Of a DNA stretch of 64,000 nt, positions 1 to 8,914 are shown piece after piece; the stretch's first letter is position 1, and every line of letters begins with the position of its first letter. The notes under the pieces were generated by a model, which did not search any database, was not told where the DNA came from, and saw only the letters and a program-made list of their open reading frames with translations. The DNA comes from Phycisphaerae bacterium. GTDB lineage: Bacteria > Planctomycetota > Phycisphaerae > UBA1845 > Fen-1342. A program made the position numbers and the translations under genes. The stretch is from assembly GCA_963675745.2 (NCBI GenBank), contig CAXXWX010000003.1:96001-160000 (forward strand), in the 5' to 3' direction.

Positions 1-197
1 GAGATTGGGTAGTCGTCGTCGCGGTCGATCTGCATGGAAACTGCCACCACGCGACCGGTGATGGTCGGAATCTCAATGTTGCCGGGCAACTCGATCCCGC
101 CCTTGGTGGTCTTCTTGTCTTCATCTTTGCGGATCAGCACGCGTTTGCCGATTGGTTCGACAACTTCGAGTGCCTTGGACCGGTCTGTCTTGCCCAC
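1..197 (-). CDS. groES: GroES-like co-chaperonin (3' end runs off the window)
   Basis: Not in the ORF track. Manual translation from GTG197: MGKTDRSKALEVVEPIGKRVLIRKDEDKKTTKGGIELPGNIEIPTITGRVVAVS..., matching the Cpn10 pattern P-x-G-x-RVL...T-x-GGI-x-LP...G-x-VVAV. Purine-rich RBS (GAAGGGA) upstream. Confidence 0.8.
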   Translation of the reverse strand, partial: MGKTDRSKALEVVEPIGKRVLIRKDEDKKTTKGGIELPGNIEIPTITGRVVAVSMQIDRDDDYPI

Positions 198-399
198 GCC
201 AATCCCTTCAGTGTGCCCAGTTGTTCGTCGCACGTCGCCCAATATACACGGAGCCGTCGGGTCTAACGCGCATGTCGCGACGGCCCGACCAGGTCCGGTC
301 ACTGCGCGATACCTTATGATCGCGAAGGCAAGTTTGCAACGGTTTGCTATACTCTTGCGCGGGCCGCGAGCATGCGGCCCGCGTGCAGAGACAGACTCG

Positions 400-1194
400 A
401 TGAACTCGGAAGCCATCCGCAATCTGCTGGAGCAACTCGCCACCGGCGCTGTCAGCGTCGACGCGGTCCTGGAGCGTCTGCGCACGCTACCGTTCGAGAA
501 TCTCGGGTTTGCGCGCATCGACCACCACCGCGAGCTGCGTTGCGGCTTTCCCGAGGTGATCTTTGGTCAGGGCAAGACGCCGCAGCAAGTCGAGGAGATA
601 TTCGACCGGCTGGCGGCGGCGGGACATGATGTCCTGGCGACGCGTGTCGGGCGCGCCGCGGCCCGGCGCGTGTGCGCGCGCTGCCCGAAGGCGGAATACT
701 CGCGGTTGGCGCGGACACTCACCCTGCGGCAACGGCCGATCTCCCCGAGTCGCGGGACGATCGGCATCGTATGCGCCGGCACGGCGGATCTCCCGGTCGC
801 CGAGGAAGCGCGCATCACCGCCGAGATAATGAACCAGCGCACGCAGACCTTTTATGACGTCGGAGTGGCCGGCCTGCATCGGCTGTTGGCCGAGTCGGGC
901 GCCATTCGCAAAGCCAACGTGCTGATAGTCGTCGCCGGCATGGAAGGCGCTCTGCCGAGCGTTGTCGGCGGTCTGGTGCAGCGCCCGCTCATCGCAGTGC
1001 CGACCAGCGTCGGATATGGCGCTAGTTTCAACGGCCTGGCCCCGCTGCTGGCGATGCTCAATAGCTGTGCCGCGGGCATGTCCGTCGTGAACATCGACAA
1101 CGGGTTTGGGGCGGCATATCAAGCGGCACTGATCAACCGCCTCGCCGAAGACGGTGGCACGGCAGCTCAGCCTGAAATTGAGCCCGCGCCGTAG
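400..1194 (+). CDS. larB: Nickel-pincer cofactor biosynthesis protein LarB (PurE-like carboxylase)
   Basis: Motifs ARIDHHRELRCGFPEVIFGQGKT, AGTADLPVAEEA, DVGVAGLHRL, AGMEGALPSVVGGLV, VPTSVGYG, VVNIDNGFGAA. Start taken at ATG400 (MNSEAIR). Confidence 0.92.
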   Translation: MNSEAIRNLLEQLATGAVSVDAVLERLRTLPFENLGFARIDHHRELRCGFPEVIFGQGKTPQQVEEIFDRLAAAGHDVLATRVGRAAARRVCARCPKAEYSRLARTLTLRQRPISPSRGTIGIVCAGTADLPVAEEARITAEIMNQRTQTFYDVGVAGLHRLLAESGAIRKANVLIVVAGMEGALPSVVGGLVQRPLIAVPTSVGYGASFNGLAPLLAMLNSCAAGMSVVNIDNGFGAAYQAALINRLAEDGGTAAQPEIEPAP

Positions 1195-1220
1195 CGATTG
1201 CCATCGCGCTGACCGCGAAT

Positions 1221-1245
1221 GACCGGCCGGAGGCCGGTCCCACAG
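1221..1245 (-). repeat. REP-like palindrome, GTGGGA-foot family, copy 1
   Basis: gaccggccggaggccggtcccacag forms the hairpin ACCGGCC-gga-GGCCGGT. Related copy at 2272-2296. Confidence 0.6.
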
Positions 1246-1293
1246 GTGGTGGTCGGTGGCATTGGGGCCGGACGCCGCAGTTAAGGATACGCA

Positions 1294-2229
1294 GTGAGCA
1301 TACCCGCGCCGAAACCCCGCATCGTCTCGGATGTTCCGCAGCTCGCGCCGCGCCGGCCGGAGGCGCACAAGGGTGATGCCGGCCGTGTCGCGATTGTCGC
1401 CGGCAGCCCGGGCATGAGCGGAGCGGCCATCCTCTGCGGCCTCGGCGCGCTGCGGGGCGGCGCCGGTCTGGTCCGTGTGTTCACGCCCGCATCAATTCAG
1501 CCCGTGGTCGCGGTGGCCGAGCCATGCCTCATGACCGTGGCGCTGGACCAATCCACGCCGGACACACACCACGGGGAGAAGCATCGCTCAGCGGAGGAGG
1601 TCTTTGCCTGGGCTGACGTGCGGGCAATTGGGCCGGGGCTCGGACAGGGGGGTGAAAGCGCGGCCCGGTTGTACGCGGCGATTGCTGGGACGCGTGTACC
1701 GCTCGTCCTCGATGCTGACGCACTGAACATCCTGGCGCAGGATGGATTGGAGAAGCTCCGGCAGGTAGCGGATGATCCTCCGTGGTGGCGCGACGAGGCT
1801 CTGAGCATCGGTGCGCCGGTGGTTGTTACCCCTCACCCGGGCGAGATGGCTCGTCTGCGCGAAGCCGCCGGGTTGTCGGCGCTGGCGGGCGACGATGATG
1901 AGACGCGCATTCAGATCGCGCACGAGTACGCCGTTCTCACCGGTGACATTGTCGTCCTCAAGGGTCATCGCACGGTTGTTTGCACGGCGGGTACGGCCTA
2001 TGTCAACACGACCGGCAACCCCGGCATGGCCACCGGCGGCATGGGTGATGTGCTGACCGGGCTGATCGCCGCGCTGATTGCGCAGGGCTTGCCGCCATTC
2101 GACGCGGCTCGTCTGGGAGTCTGGGCACATGGCCGGGCCGCGGACATGCTCGCCGAAGAGATCGGCCCGTTCGGCTATTTGGCGCGCGAGGTTGCCGACG
2201 CGCTGCCGCGCGTGTGGCAGCAGTGCTGA
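1294..2229 (+). CDS. nnrD: ADP-dependent NAD(P)H-hydrate dehydratase (YjeF C-terminal domain)
   Basis: HKGDAGRVAIVAGS..MSGAA, IGPGLG, VLDADALN, TPHPGEM, VVLKG, TGNPGMATGGMGDVLTG. Confidence 0.93.
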   Translation: MSIPAPKPRIVSDVPQLAPRRPEAHKGDAGRVAIVAGSPGMSGAAILCGLGALRGGAGLVRVFTPASIQPVVAVAEPCLMTVALDQSTPDTHHGEKHRSAEEVFAWADVRAIGPGLGQGGESAARLYAAIAGTRVPLVLDADALNILAQDGLEKLRQVADDPPWWRDEALSIGAPVVVTPHPGEMARLREAAGLSALAGDDDETRIQIAHEYAVLTGDIVVLKGHRTVVCTAGTAYVNTTGNPGMATGGMGDVLTGLIAALIAQGLPPFDAARLGVWAHGRAADMLAEEIGPFGYLAREVADALPRVWQQC

Positions 2230-2271
2230 TCTAACCGCACCGCAGCGGCTGACGTCCTCGTCGGCCGTTTT

Positions 2272-2296
2272 AACCGGTTGAAAACCGGTCCCACAG
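2272..2296 (-). repeat. REP-like palindrome, GTGGGA-foot family, copy 2
   Basis: aaccggttgaaaaccggtcccacag forms ACCGGTT-gaa-AACCGGT. Same length and foot as 1221-1245, with compensatory stem changes. Confidence 0.6.
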
Positions 2297-2347
2297 TGCG
2301 GCGGCCGCTACGAGCACGCCGCATGATTCCTGTTCGGGGGATATGCT

Positions 2348-2797
2348 TCAGAATTCGCGAGTTGAATCCAGCAAAATGCAGATCGGTCCTTCGTTTACCG
2401 CGGGAATCTGCATGCGGGCGGCGAAGCGCCCGGTGTTTACGGTCAATCCGTGGGCCCGGATCGCAGCTACCAGCTTCTCGATCAGCGGCTCGGCCACGTC
2501 ACCATCCGCGGAGTTGACGAACGACGGCCGCCGGCCCTTGCGCGCGTCGGCCAACACCGTAAACGCGCTGACGACCAGCACGCCACCGCCCACGTCGCCG
2601 ACCGCAAGGTTCATCTTTTCCTCGGCGTCCATGAAGATGCGCAGGTTGGCCACCTTGTCAGCGATGTACTTCACGTCTTCGTCACCGTCATCGGGTGCCG
2701 CAGCGGCGTAGACCAGCAATCCCGTGTCGATGCGGCCGGTCACCTCGGAGCCGACTCGCACGGCGGCTCTGCTAACTCGTTGTACAACTGCACGCAC
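2348..2797 (-). CDS. dtd: D-aminoacyl-tRNA deacylase
   Basis: MRAVVQRV...NLRIF.D..KMNL...VSAFT..ADARKGRRPSF...TGRF...NEGP (Gly-cisPro motif). Confidence 0.95.
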   Translation of the reverse strand: MRAVVQRVSRAAVRVGSEVTGRIDTGLLVYAAAAPDDGDEDVKYIADKVANLRIFMDAEEKMNLAVGDVGGGVLVVSAFTVLADARKGRRPSFVNSADGDVAEPLIEKLVAAIRAHGLTVNTGRFAARMQIPAVNEGPICILLDSTREF

Positions 2798-2907
2798 AAT
2801 GGCTCCTTTGGCCAGAGGGCTTAAGGGTCTAGGTTTCAGGGTTTGGCCAAGCGTCCACGGCGTCCCAGCATCCTGCGACCAACAAGGACATCAGCCCCCG
2901 CAGCCGT

Positions 2908-2970
2908 TGTTCCCTGTTCCCCGTTCCCTGTTCCCCGTTCCCTGTTCCCTGTTCTCTGTTCCCTACTCCT
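2908..2970. repeat. Heptamer tandem repeat (YGTTCCC) x8-9
   Basis: tgttccc tgttccc cgttccc tgttccc cgttccc tgttccc tgttctc tgttccc tactcct, intergenic between dtd and the EEP gene. Confidence 0.9.
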
Positions 2971-3848
2971 CACATCGCCCCCCACTTCGTGGCGGCCATC
3001 AACTCCAGATCGGCAATCACGGGAAAATGGTCCGACGGGTAGCGTCCATCGTGGGCGCGCTGGTCGATCCAGATGTCGCGCGGCCACCAGCGGCGGTTGA
3101 ACAGTATCCAGTCAATCCGCGCACTGTCGGGTTCACCATCAAACCCGTGATACGTACCGACCGCTCGCTCCGTTAGATTCAACTCGACGAATGGATCGTA
3201 AAGCTCGGCCAGGTTGCCGCGCTCGGTGGTGAGTTCTTCGTAAGCGTCCGACTGCGGCGCGCAATTAAAGTCGCCGAGCACGATCAGCGGGTTTCCCGCG
3301 CGCGACTCGACCGTGTTGCGCAGCATGCGCGCCGATTCCAGCCGAGCCTGCTGGCCGGCATGATCGAAGTGGGTGTTGATCACATAGAACGTGTTTTGCA
3401 GCGACTTACGGTAGCGCAATTGGACCCACGTCACCATGCGCGGCAACTGCGCATCCCAGCTCTTGCTGCCGGGCTTGCGCGGTTTTTCGCTGAGCCAGAA
3501 GTGCCCGTGCTTGACTTCCATAAACCGCTGCTTGTTGAAGAGAATCGGTACGAACTCGCCATCGCGCTCGCGCAGGCCGCGGCCGCGGCCGACGTATGCG
3601 TATTCGCCGAGCGCGCCGACCAGCTCGTCGAGTTGAGTCGCAAGCACCTCCTGCAAGCCGACGACGTCCGCCCCCGACTCGCGGATCAACTCGATCACCT
3701 GATCTCGTCGATGGGACCAGCCGTTCTCACCGTCACGGTCGTTGGCGTAGCGGATATTGAACGACATCACGCGGATTGGCGCGGGCATGCCACAGCCGGC
3801 GGCAAGAATCAAGAAAGGTGTGAGGAGCACTAACAGGTCAGCTTTCAT
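2970..3848 (-). CDS. Endonuclease/exonuclease/phosphatase (EEP) family lipoprotein
   Basis: Lipobox LAAGC; motifs MSFNIRY, GLQEV, NTHFDH, GDFN, RIDWI, YPSDHFPV. Confidence 0.9.
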   Translation of the reverse strand: MKADLLVLLTPFLILAAGCGMPAPIRVMSFNIRYANDRDGENGWSHRRDQVIELIRESGADVVGLQEVLATQLDELVGALGEYAYVGRGRGLRERDGEFVPILFNKQRFMEVKHGHFWLSEKPRKPGSKSWDAQLPRMVTWVQLRYRKSLQNTFYVINTHFDHAGQQARLESARMLRNTVESRAGNPLIVLGDFNCAPQSDAYEELTTERGNLAELYDPFVELNLTERAVGTYHGFDGEPDSARIDWILFNRRWWPRDIWIDQRAHDGRYPSDHFPVIADLELMAATKWGAM

Positions 3849-4894
3849 TCACGCGCTCCCGTAGCAACTAGTTTCCCGGGGCCGGTCTTCCTCCGTGGCG
3901 CCGGCCACTCGCGCTGCGGATCATACCATTCATCAAGCACGGCAAGCCAGTCTTCGCGCGTGAAGCGCACATTGACAAATGCGTCGCGCACACGCCGGGC
4001 CATCGGGTGCAACTCGCTGTAGCGAATGCCGAAACGGCGCATGACCTTCAGGGCTGTCTTGCCGTGAAACTGCTCGGCGAGCAGGAAATGCTCGCGAATC
4101 AGGCGGCCTTGCTCAGCGACGCCGGGCGGCTCCGGCAGCGGCTCACCGGCGAGCAAGGCCCGCACATCGCGGAAGATCCACGGGTTACCGATGCACCCGC
4201 GCGCCACGGTCACGCCATCGACGCCGGTCTCTTCCAGCATGCGCATGATGTCTGCGGCGATGAACAGGTCGCCACTGCCGAGGATCGTCCGGTTCCCGAC
4301 GTGTTGTTTGACGCGTTTGAGGAAGCCCCAATCGCTCGGGCCGACGTAACGCTGTTTGACGGTGCGCCCATGAACGGTGACGGCCGCCAGGCCGGTGTCA
4401 AACGCCGTGTCGAGGATCTTGAAGAAGTTCCGTTCGCTGGCCGGCGAATCGTCGGTGCCGCGTCGCAGTTTGAGCGTGACCGCGATGTGGCCGGGCACGG
4501 CGCCGCGCACGCAGCGCATGATCTCTATCGCGGTGTCGGGTGTTGAAAGCAGGTGTCCGCCGCGGTGACGGCCAAGCACCTTCCGCACCGGGCAGCCGAA
4601 GTTGATATCGATAACGTCGTAGCCGGCCTCGGCCAGCAAGACAGCCGCTTGCGCGAAAACCCGCGGCTCGGCGCCCATCAACTGGCCGCCGACCGGATGG
4701 TCTTCGTCAGGGATGGCGAGCAGCTTGCGCTGGTATTTGCCGGGGTGGATCACAAACTCGTCCAGCATGACCTCGTGCACCGCGTAAGGCGCGCCGAAAC
4801 GGCGCGCGAGCAGGCACATCGGCACATCGCTGTACCCGCTGAGCGCCGCCTGCACGACGGGAATATCAAGTTGGACAGGTCCGATCTTCAGCAT
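3845..4894 (-). CDS. dus: tRNA-dihydrouridine synthase (DusB/NifR3 family)
   Basis: IDINFGCPVRKV, TLKLRRG, VTVHGRT..QRY.GP.DW, GVDGVTVARGCIGNPWIF. Start at ATG4894 (MLKIGP), 9 nt after an extended -10 element (TGCTATACT). Confidence 0.9.
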   Translation of the reverse strand: MLKIGPVQLDIPVVQAALSGYSDVPMCLLARRFGAPYAVHEVMLDEFVIHPGKYQRKLLAIPDEDHPVGGQLMGAEPRVFAQAAVLLAEAGYDVIDINFGCPVRKVLGRHRGGHLLSTPDTAIEIMRCVRGAVPGHIAVTLKLRRGTDDSPASERNFFKILDTAFDTGLAAVTVHGRTVKQRYVGPSDWGFLKRVKQHVGNRTILGSGDLFIAADIMRMLEETGVDGVTVARGCIGNPWIFRDVRALLAGEPLPEPPGVAEQGRLIREHFLLAEQFHGKTALKVMRRFGIRYSELHPMARRVRDAFVNVRFTREDWLAVLDEWYDPQREWPAPRRKTGPGKLVATGARE

Positions 4895-4923
4895 CGCGGG
4901 TGGAGTATAGCACATGCGTGGAG

Positions 4924-5108
4924 TTTTCAGTGTCCAGTGTTCAGTGTTCAGGAAAGGAGGCAACGGCCGCAGAAACAGAAACAGGGAATGAGGGATTGGG
5001 GGACTAAGGGGGCGTTCGCGGCATGGTCGCCGTCCTCTGACACCCGCCGTTGTTGTGCCTGAACACTGAACACTGACAACTGCGGACTGCGGACTGCAAA
5101 CTGAAAAC
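4924..5108. repeat. Inverted heptamer-repeat arms enclosing an octamer repeat
   Basis: Left arm ttttcag-tgtccag-tgttcag-tgttcagg is complementary to right arm cctgaaca-ctgaaca-ctgacaa-ctgcgga-ctgcgga-ctgcaaa-ctgaaaa. Internal agggaatg-agggattg-ggggacta. Confidence 0.8.
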
Positions 5109-5177
5109 CGCCGTTCGGCGCCGTGCCGGTCTGGCGTGTACTAGCCGCGCGGCCCGGGGAATACTTAAAATGCAACC

Positions 5178-5993
5178 ATGCTCGGCGCCGGCGATACGGT
5201 GATACTCTCCACTCCTCACATTTGCGTCATGGTCATTCTGGCCGTGGTGACCGTGGCCTGTGTTGCGGCGCTGCGCCTGGCGCGGCACAGCACGCATATC
5301 GCGGCGCTTCGCTGGGGTATCGCCGGCACTATCGCGGGACTGGCGGTGGGGGGGCTGGTATTCAAGCACGTCTATGAGCTGGCCACCGGCACGTGGGAGC
5401 TCACCGAGTCGTTGCCGTTGCACATCTGCGAGATGGGTGTCTACGTGACGGCGGCCGCGCTGATGCTGGCGGTGGACCGGCGCAACGCCCTGGACGCGGG
5501 TCGGCAGCCATCGCTTACCCGCGCCGGCCAGGCACTGTACGAGATCGCCTACTACTGGGGGCTGGGCGGCACGCTGCAAGCCATCGTTACGCCCGACGTG
5601 ACCGAAGCCTACCCCAGCCCGGTTTACTTCCGCTACTTCATCACGCACGGCGGCATCATCGTCGGGGCGATTGTAATGACACTCGGGCTTGGCCTGCGCC
5701 CGCGGCGCGGCTCATGGAAGTGGATCTGGCTGCTGACGCTCGGCGTCGCTGTTGCCGTATTCGCAATGAACATTCTGCTGGGGGCCAACTACATGTACCT
5801 GTGCGGCCCGCCGACAAACGCATCGCTCATCGACTACCTCGGCCCATATCCGTGGTATCTGCTTCCGTTGGCGCTGGTGGCAACCGCTTCAATCCTGTTG
5901 TGGTATACGCCCTGGTGGATCATTGACCGTTGGGGGCGTGGTAGGGCCGGGGACGGCGCCGCGCGGGAACACCGTCACGAGCGCACGCCGTAG
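5178..5993 (+). CDS. YwaF-family integral membrane protein (TIGR02206-like)
   Basis: LPLHIC, YYWGLGGTLQAIVTPD, YFITHG, GANYMYL..PP..ASLIDYLGPYPWY. Confidence 0.85.
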   Translation: MLGAGDTVILSTPHICVMVILAVVTVACVAALRLARHSTHIAALRWGIAGTIAGLAVGGLVFKHVYELATGTWELTESLPLHICEMGVYVTAAALMLAVDRRNALDAGRQPSLTRAGQALYEIAYYWGLGGTLQAIVTPDVTEAYPSPVYFRYFITHGGIIVGAIVMTLGLGLRPRRGSWKWIWLLTLGVAVAVFAMNILLGANYMYLCGPPTNASLIDYLGPYPWYLLPLALVATASILLWYTPWWIIDRWGRGRAGDGAAREHRHERTP

Positions 5994-6044
5994 TGTCCCG
6001 GCGCGCGGCGTGCGTCACGTTGCTCACATCGCAATTCAGGGCGG

Positions 6045-7097
6045 CTACAGCCGCGTGTCGCCGGCCTCCTGCAAACGAATGGTCTTGTGGCGTAGATCGT
6101 GATAGGCCTTGACATACCTGATGGTGCGTGACTTGGCGCGCATGACGACCGAGTTGGTGATGGCCACGTTTTCACGCATGGTCATACCGCGCAGCAGCGA
6201 ATTGTCGGTTATACCGGTGGCCACAAACGCGATCCCGTCACCCTTGGCAAGATCGTCGATCTCGTAGACACGGTGGAGCGTGTTTTCATGCCCTTCAGCG
6301 ATAAGCTGTTCGCGCTCGGCGTCATCCCGCGGCCAGATGCGGCCCACGAATCCGCCACCCAGACACTTGATTGCGGCCGCGGCCAGCACGGCCTCGGGTG
6401 ATCCGCCAATACCCATGTACACGTCAACTCCGCTGTCGGGCATCGACGGGGCGATCGCGCCGGCCACGTCGCCGTCGCCGATCATGCGAATCGCGGCGCC
6501 CGTTTTGCGAATTCGGGCGATTAGCTGGGCGTGGCGCGGCCGGTCGAGCACGCACACAACCAAGTCCCTCACGCGCTTGCGCAGGGTCAACGCGACGACC
6601 TCGAGGTTGTGGGCCACCGGTGCATCCAGGCGCACGGTGCCCGCGCCCGCATTCACCTGTGGACCGACGGCGATCTTCTCCATGTATACGCCCGGGATCG
6701 GCGCCAGGGCCATATCGTCCGGCGAACTGCTCTTGGCGGCCGCAATTACGCTCAGCGCGCCGGGCAACCCCTTGGAGGTCAGAGTGGTGCCATCGATTGG
6801 GTCAAGCGCGATGCAGAAAGCAGGCGCGTCGTCGCTCCACAGTCCGAGCTTCTCACCGACGAAAATGCCCGGAGCCTCATCCTTGATGCCTTCGCCGATG
6901 GTGCAGAGACCGCGCATATCGATGAGATTGAGCATGCCGCGGATCGCGTCAGTGGCGGCCGCGTCGGCGGCCTCCTTGTCACCCTTGCCGATCCAGCGAA
7001 AGGCATTCAGGGCCGCGGCCTCCGTGGCGCGCACGAGATCCAACCCAATCAGACGTTCCGTCTCCACCTGAAGTCCGCTCACCGCATCGACGGTCAT
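6045..7097 (-). CDS. glpX: Fructose-1,6-bisphosphatase class II
   Basis: LVRATEAAA, GKGDK..AD.AA, IGEG.KDEAP, DPIDGT, YMEKI, LDRPRH, DGDVAG, GIGGSPE, FVATGITD. RBS AAGGAG before ATG7097. Confidence 0.95.
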   Translation of the reverse strand: MTVDAVSGLQVETERLIGLDLVRATEAAALNAFRWIGKGDKEAADAAATDAIRGMLNLIDMRGLCTIGEGIKDEAPGIFVGEKLGLWSDDAPAFCIALDPIDGTTLTSKGLPGALSVIAAAKSSSPDDMALAPIPGVYMEKIAVGPQVNAGAGTVRLDAPVAHNLEVVALTLRKRVRDLVVCVLDRPRHAQLIARIRKTGAAIRMIGDGDVAGAIAPSMPDSGVDVYMGIGGSPEAVLAAAAIKCLGGGFVGRIWPRDDAEREQLIAEGHENTLHRVYEIDDLAKGDGIAFVATGITDNSLLRGMTMRENVAITNSVVMRAKSRTIRYVKAYHDLRHKTIRLQEAGDTRL

Positions 7098-7367
7098 GTG
7101 AAATCTCCTTGCATCGTCACCCGAGAACCGGCCGGAATTGTCGAGCCCCGCACGCTGGCAGTTTAGCTCGGGGCACCCGCTGTCGCCAGTGGCGTTTGTC
7201 GGCGGGGTGGGTGGTAGTGTGGCATTGAGCCCGCACTCCGCAACAAGCTGGATCAACGCTGGCCATATGCTCCTGGGGTGTGCTAGAATAAATACGTAAA
7301 TGGTACTTGCGCGTGGTTTGGGCAGACCTGCAGCGCGGGCAGATCGTAGCCGTCCCGGGAGCATGCA

Positions 7368-7679
7368 ATGGGTGACTGGCACAAAGTTGGTATCGAGCTG
7401 CCGCCGAACTGGAAGGAAGCTGTGGCCGAACGGGCGCGCGATCTGGGCTGCCCCATGCGCTACCTGTGGATGGCCGCGATCGACCGGTTGCTGGGTCTGC
7501 AACAAGCTGAACTGGAGCAGACCACGCTGGCGTTTGAACTGATCGCTCGCAAGGATCTGGAAAAGCTGGCCAAGACCCCCCCGGGCGAGTGCCAGGATTT
7601 GATCCTGAAGTGGGCATCTGATTTCGTCGCTTCGCTGGGCAGCGAGAACCCCCGCCGCGCACACACCGGGCGCAAATAG
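7368..7679 (+). CDS. Small protein with probable N-terminal ribbon-helix-helix domain
   Basis: GGAG RBS. HKVGIELPPNWKEAVAERARDLGCPMRYLWMAAIDRLL fits a beta-strand/helix/Gly-turn/helix pattern. Confidence 0.6.
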   Translation: MGDWHKVGIELPPNWKEAVAERARDLGCPMRYLWMAAIDRLLGLQQAELEQTTLAFELIARKDLEKLAKTPPGECQDLILKWASDFVASLGSENPRRAHTGRK

Positions 7680-7758
7680 AGGCAGCTCGGCCTCGCGGGC
7701 CGGAGGTCGGCGCTGCGCTCAATGGGGAATGTCGGCGATCGTGCGCCGGTCGGCGGCG

Positions 7759-8547
7759 TTACTTCGGGTTGAGCGCCTGGAAGTCGTCGTTGATCTTCAG
7801 GCAAGCGGCCATGAACTGCGGCTCATAGCCGCGGTCACGCGCGGACTTGACAATCGCGTTGCAGTCCTTGGGTAGACACTTGCCTGAGAACCCGCGCGCC
7901 TCGGGATAAACGAAGCTGTGATCGCGGCTGATGCGCGTGTCCGCCAGCCACATCTCGCGCAGCACGTTGTAATCAACCCCGTGAGCCTTGGCGATATCGT
8001 AAAACTCGTTTACGAAAGTCACCTTGACGGCGTAGAAGGCGTTCTCCATGTACTTGCACACTTCCGCGGTAATCGCGTCACAGAAGTAGAATTTGACGTA
8101 CGCGTTGTAGTAGTGTGTGTACAGGTCGGCGACGGCGCTCGTGTCCTCGGGGGTGCCGCCGAGCACGCAAAACTCGCGTTCGCCCATCACGCCGAAAACA
8201 TGCGCCGGCGTCTCGCCCAGGTATTCGGGCTGGAAGACAATGCGCCGTCCGTACTTCTCGCGCAGCCGATCAGTCGTGCCGGGCGCCACGGTCGAGCGGA
8301 TGATGATCAGCGGTCCGTCGATCCAGGCGACCGCTTCCTCGACGATCGACGTGTTGCAGGACCCATCGTCCGACATCGGTGTGGGCACGTTTATGAAGAT
8401 ATAGTCACAGGCGTTGATCTGTTCCTTGGTCGTCTTGGCGAACTCAGGAACGTAGGGGTCGTACATGATCGTCTCGGGGCCGCAAAGCTTCCGCATCGCC
8501 ACGCCCACGACTCCGGCACCCACGCAACCTACTTTTGGATTCTGCAC
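7759..8547 (-). CDS. UDP-glucose/GDP-mannose dehydrogenase family, short form without the C-terminal domain
   Basis: GAGVVG, FINVPTP, IRSTVAPGTT, QPEYL, AEVCKYMENAF..KVTFVNE, GFSGKCLPKD. RBS AGGAG before GTG8547. Confidence 0.85.
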   Translation of the reverse strand: MQNPKVGCVGAGVVGVAMRKLCGPETIMYDPYVPEFAKTTKEQINACDYIFINVPTPMSDDGSCNTSIVEEAVAWIDGPLIIIRSTVAPGTTDRLREKYGRRIVFQPEYLGETPAHVFGVMGEREFCVLGGTPEDTSAVADLYTHYYNAYVKFYFCDAITAEVCKYMENAFYAVKVTFVNEFYDIAKAHGVDYNVLREMWLADTRISRDHSFVYPEARGFSGKCLPKDCNAIVKSARDRGYEPQFMAACLKINDDFQALNPK

Positions 8548-8826
8548 GATCACATCTCCTTGGGCTCTCTGAGAGATCCTCATCCGCCGGCGGCCGGCCC
8601 GCACGCCGGTGGTTCTCCGATTCTAGTGATCTCCTGCCGAAAACGCCCCATCTGGGCGTCGGGTGCGTTACCCTGCTGCGACACTATACCCATCGGCATC
8701 CTGGCCGCCAAAGATCGAATCAACGGCCGATGGGGCATTCAATACCCCGTTGCGGCAGGTGGGTCAAGCGATAGGCTGTTCGCGGCAGGGATTGCGCTAT
8801 CAGGCGTCGTTGTCGGTGCCGGCCGC

Positions 8827-8889
8827 GTGCCACTGCTCTTGAGCAGTATCTTTCGACCGCACTGCGGCACTGCTCAAGAGCAGTTGCAC
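8827..8889. repeat. REP doublet (inverted pair of palindromic units)
   Basis: gtgccactgctcttgagcagt (8827-8847) and actgctcaagagcagttgcac (8869-8889) are reverse complements at 20/21 positions. Each arm is itself the palindrome ACTGCTC-NN-GAGCAGT. Confidence 0.8.
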
Positions 8890-8914
8890 AGCCGACAATG
8901 CGTCGGGTCGAGCC

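Noticed and set aside
34..399. N-terminal extensions in the ORF track (larB from 34, glpX from 7664, plsX from 12804, lnt from 32430, MTase from 55212, exosortase from 50367)
   Set aside because: They overlap other genes or repeats, and downstream starts fit the family N-termini and RBS positions better.
2836..3176. Small ORFs crossing the heptamer tract (and those at 60361-60543)
   Set aside because: Their translations merely reflect the DNA repeat period and have no RBS or protein-like composition.
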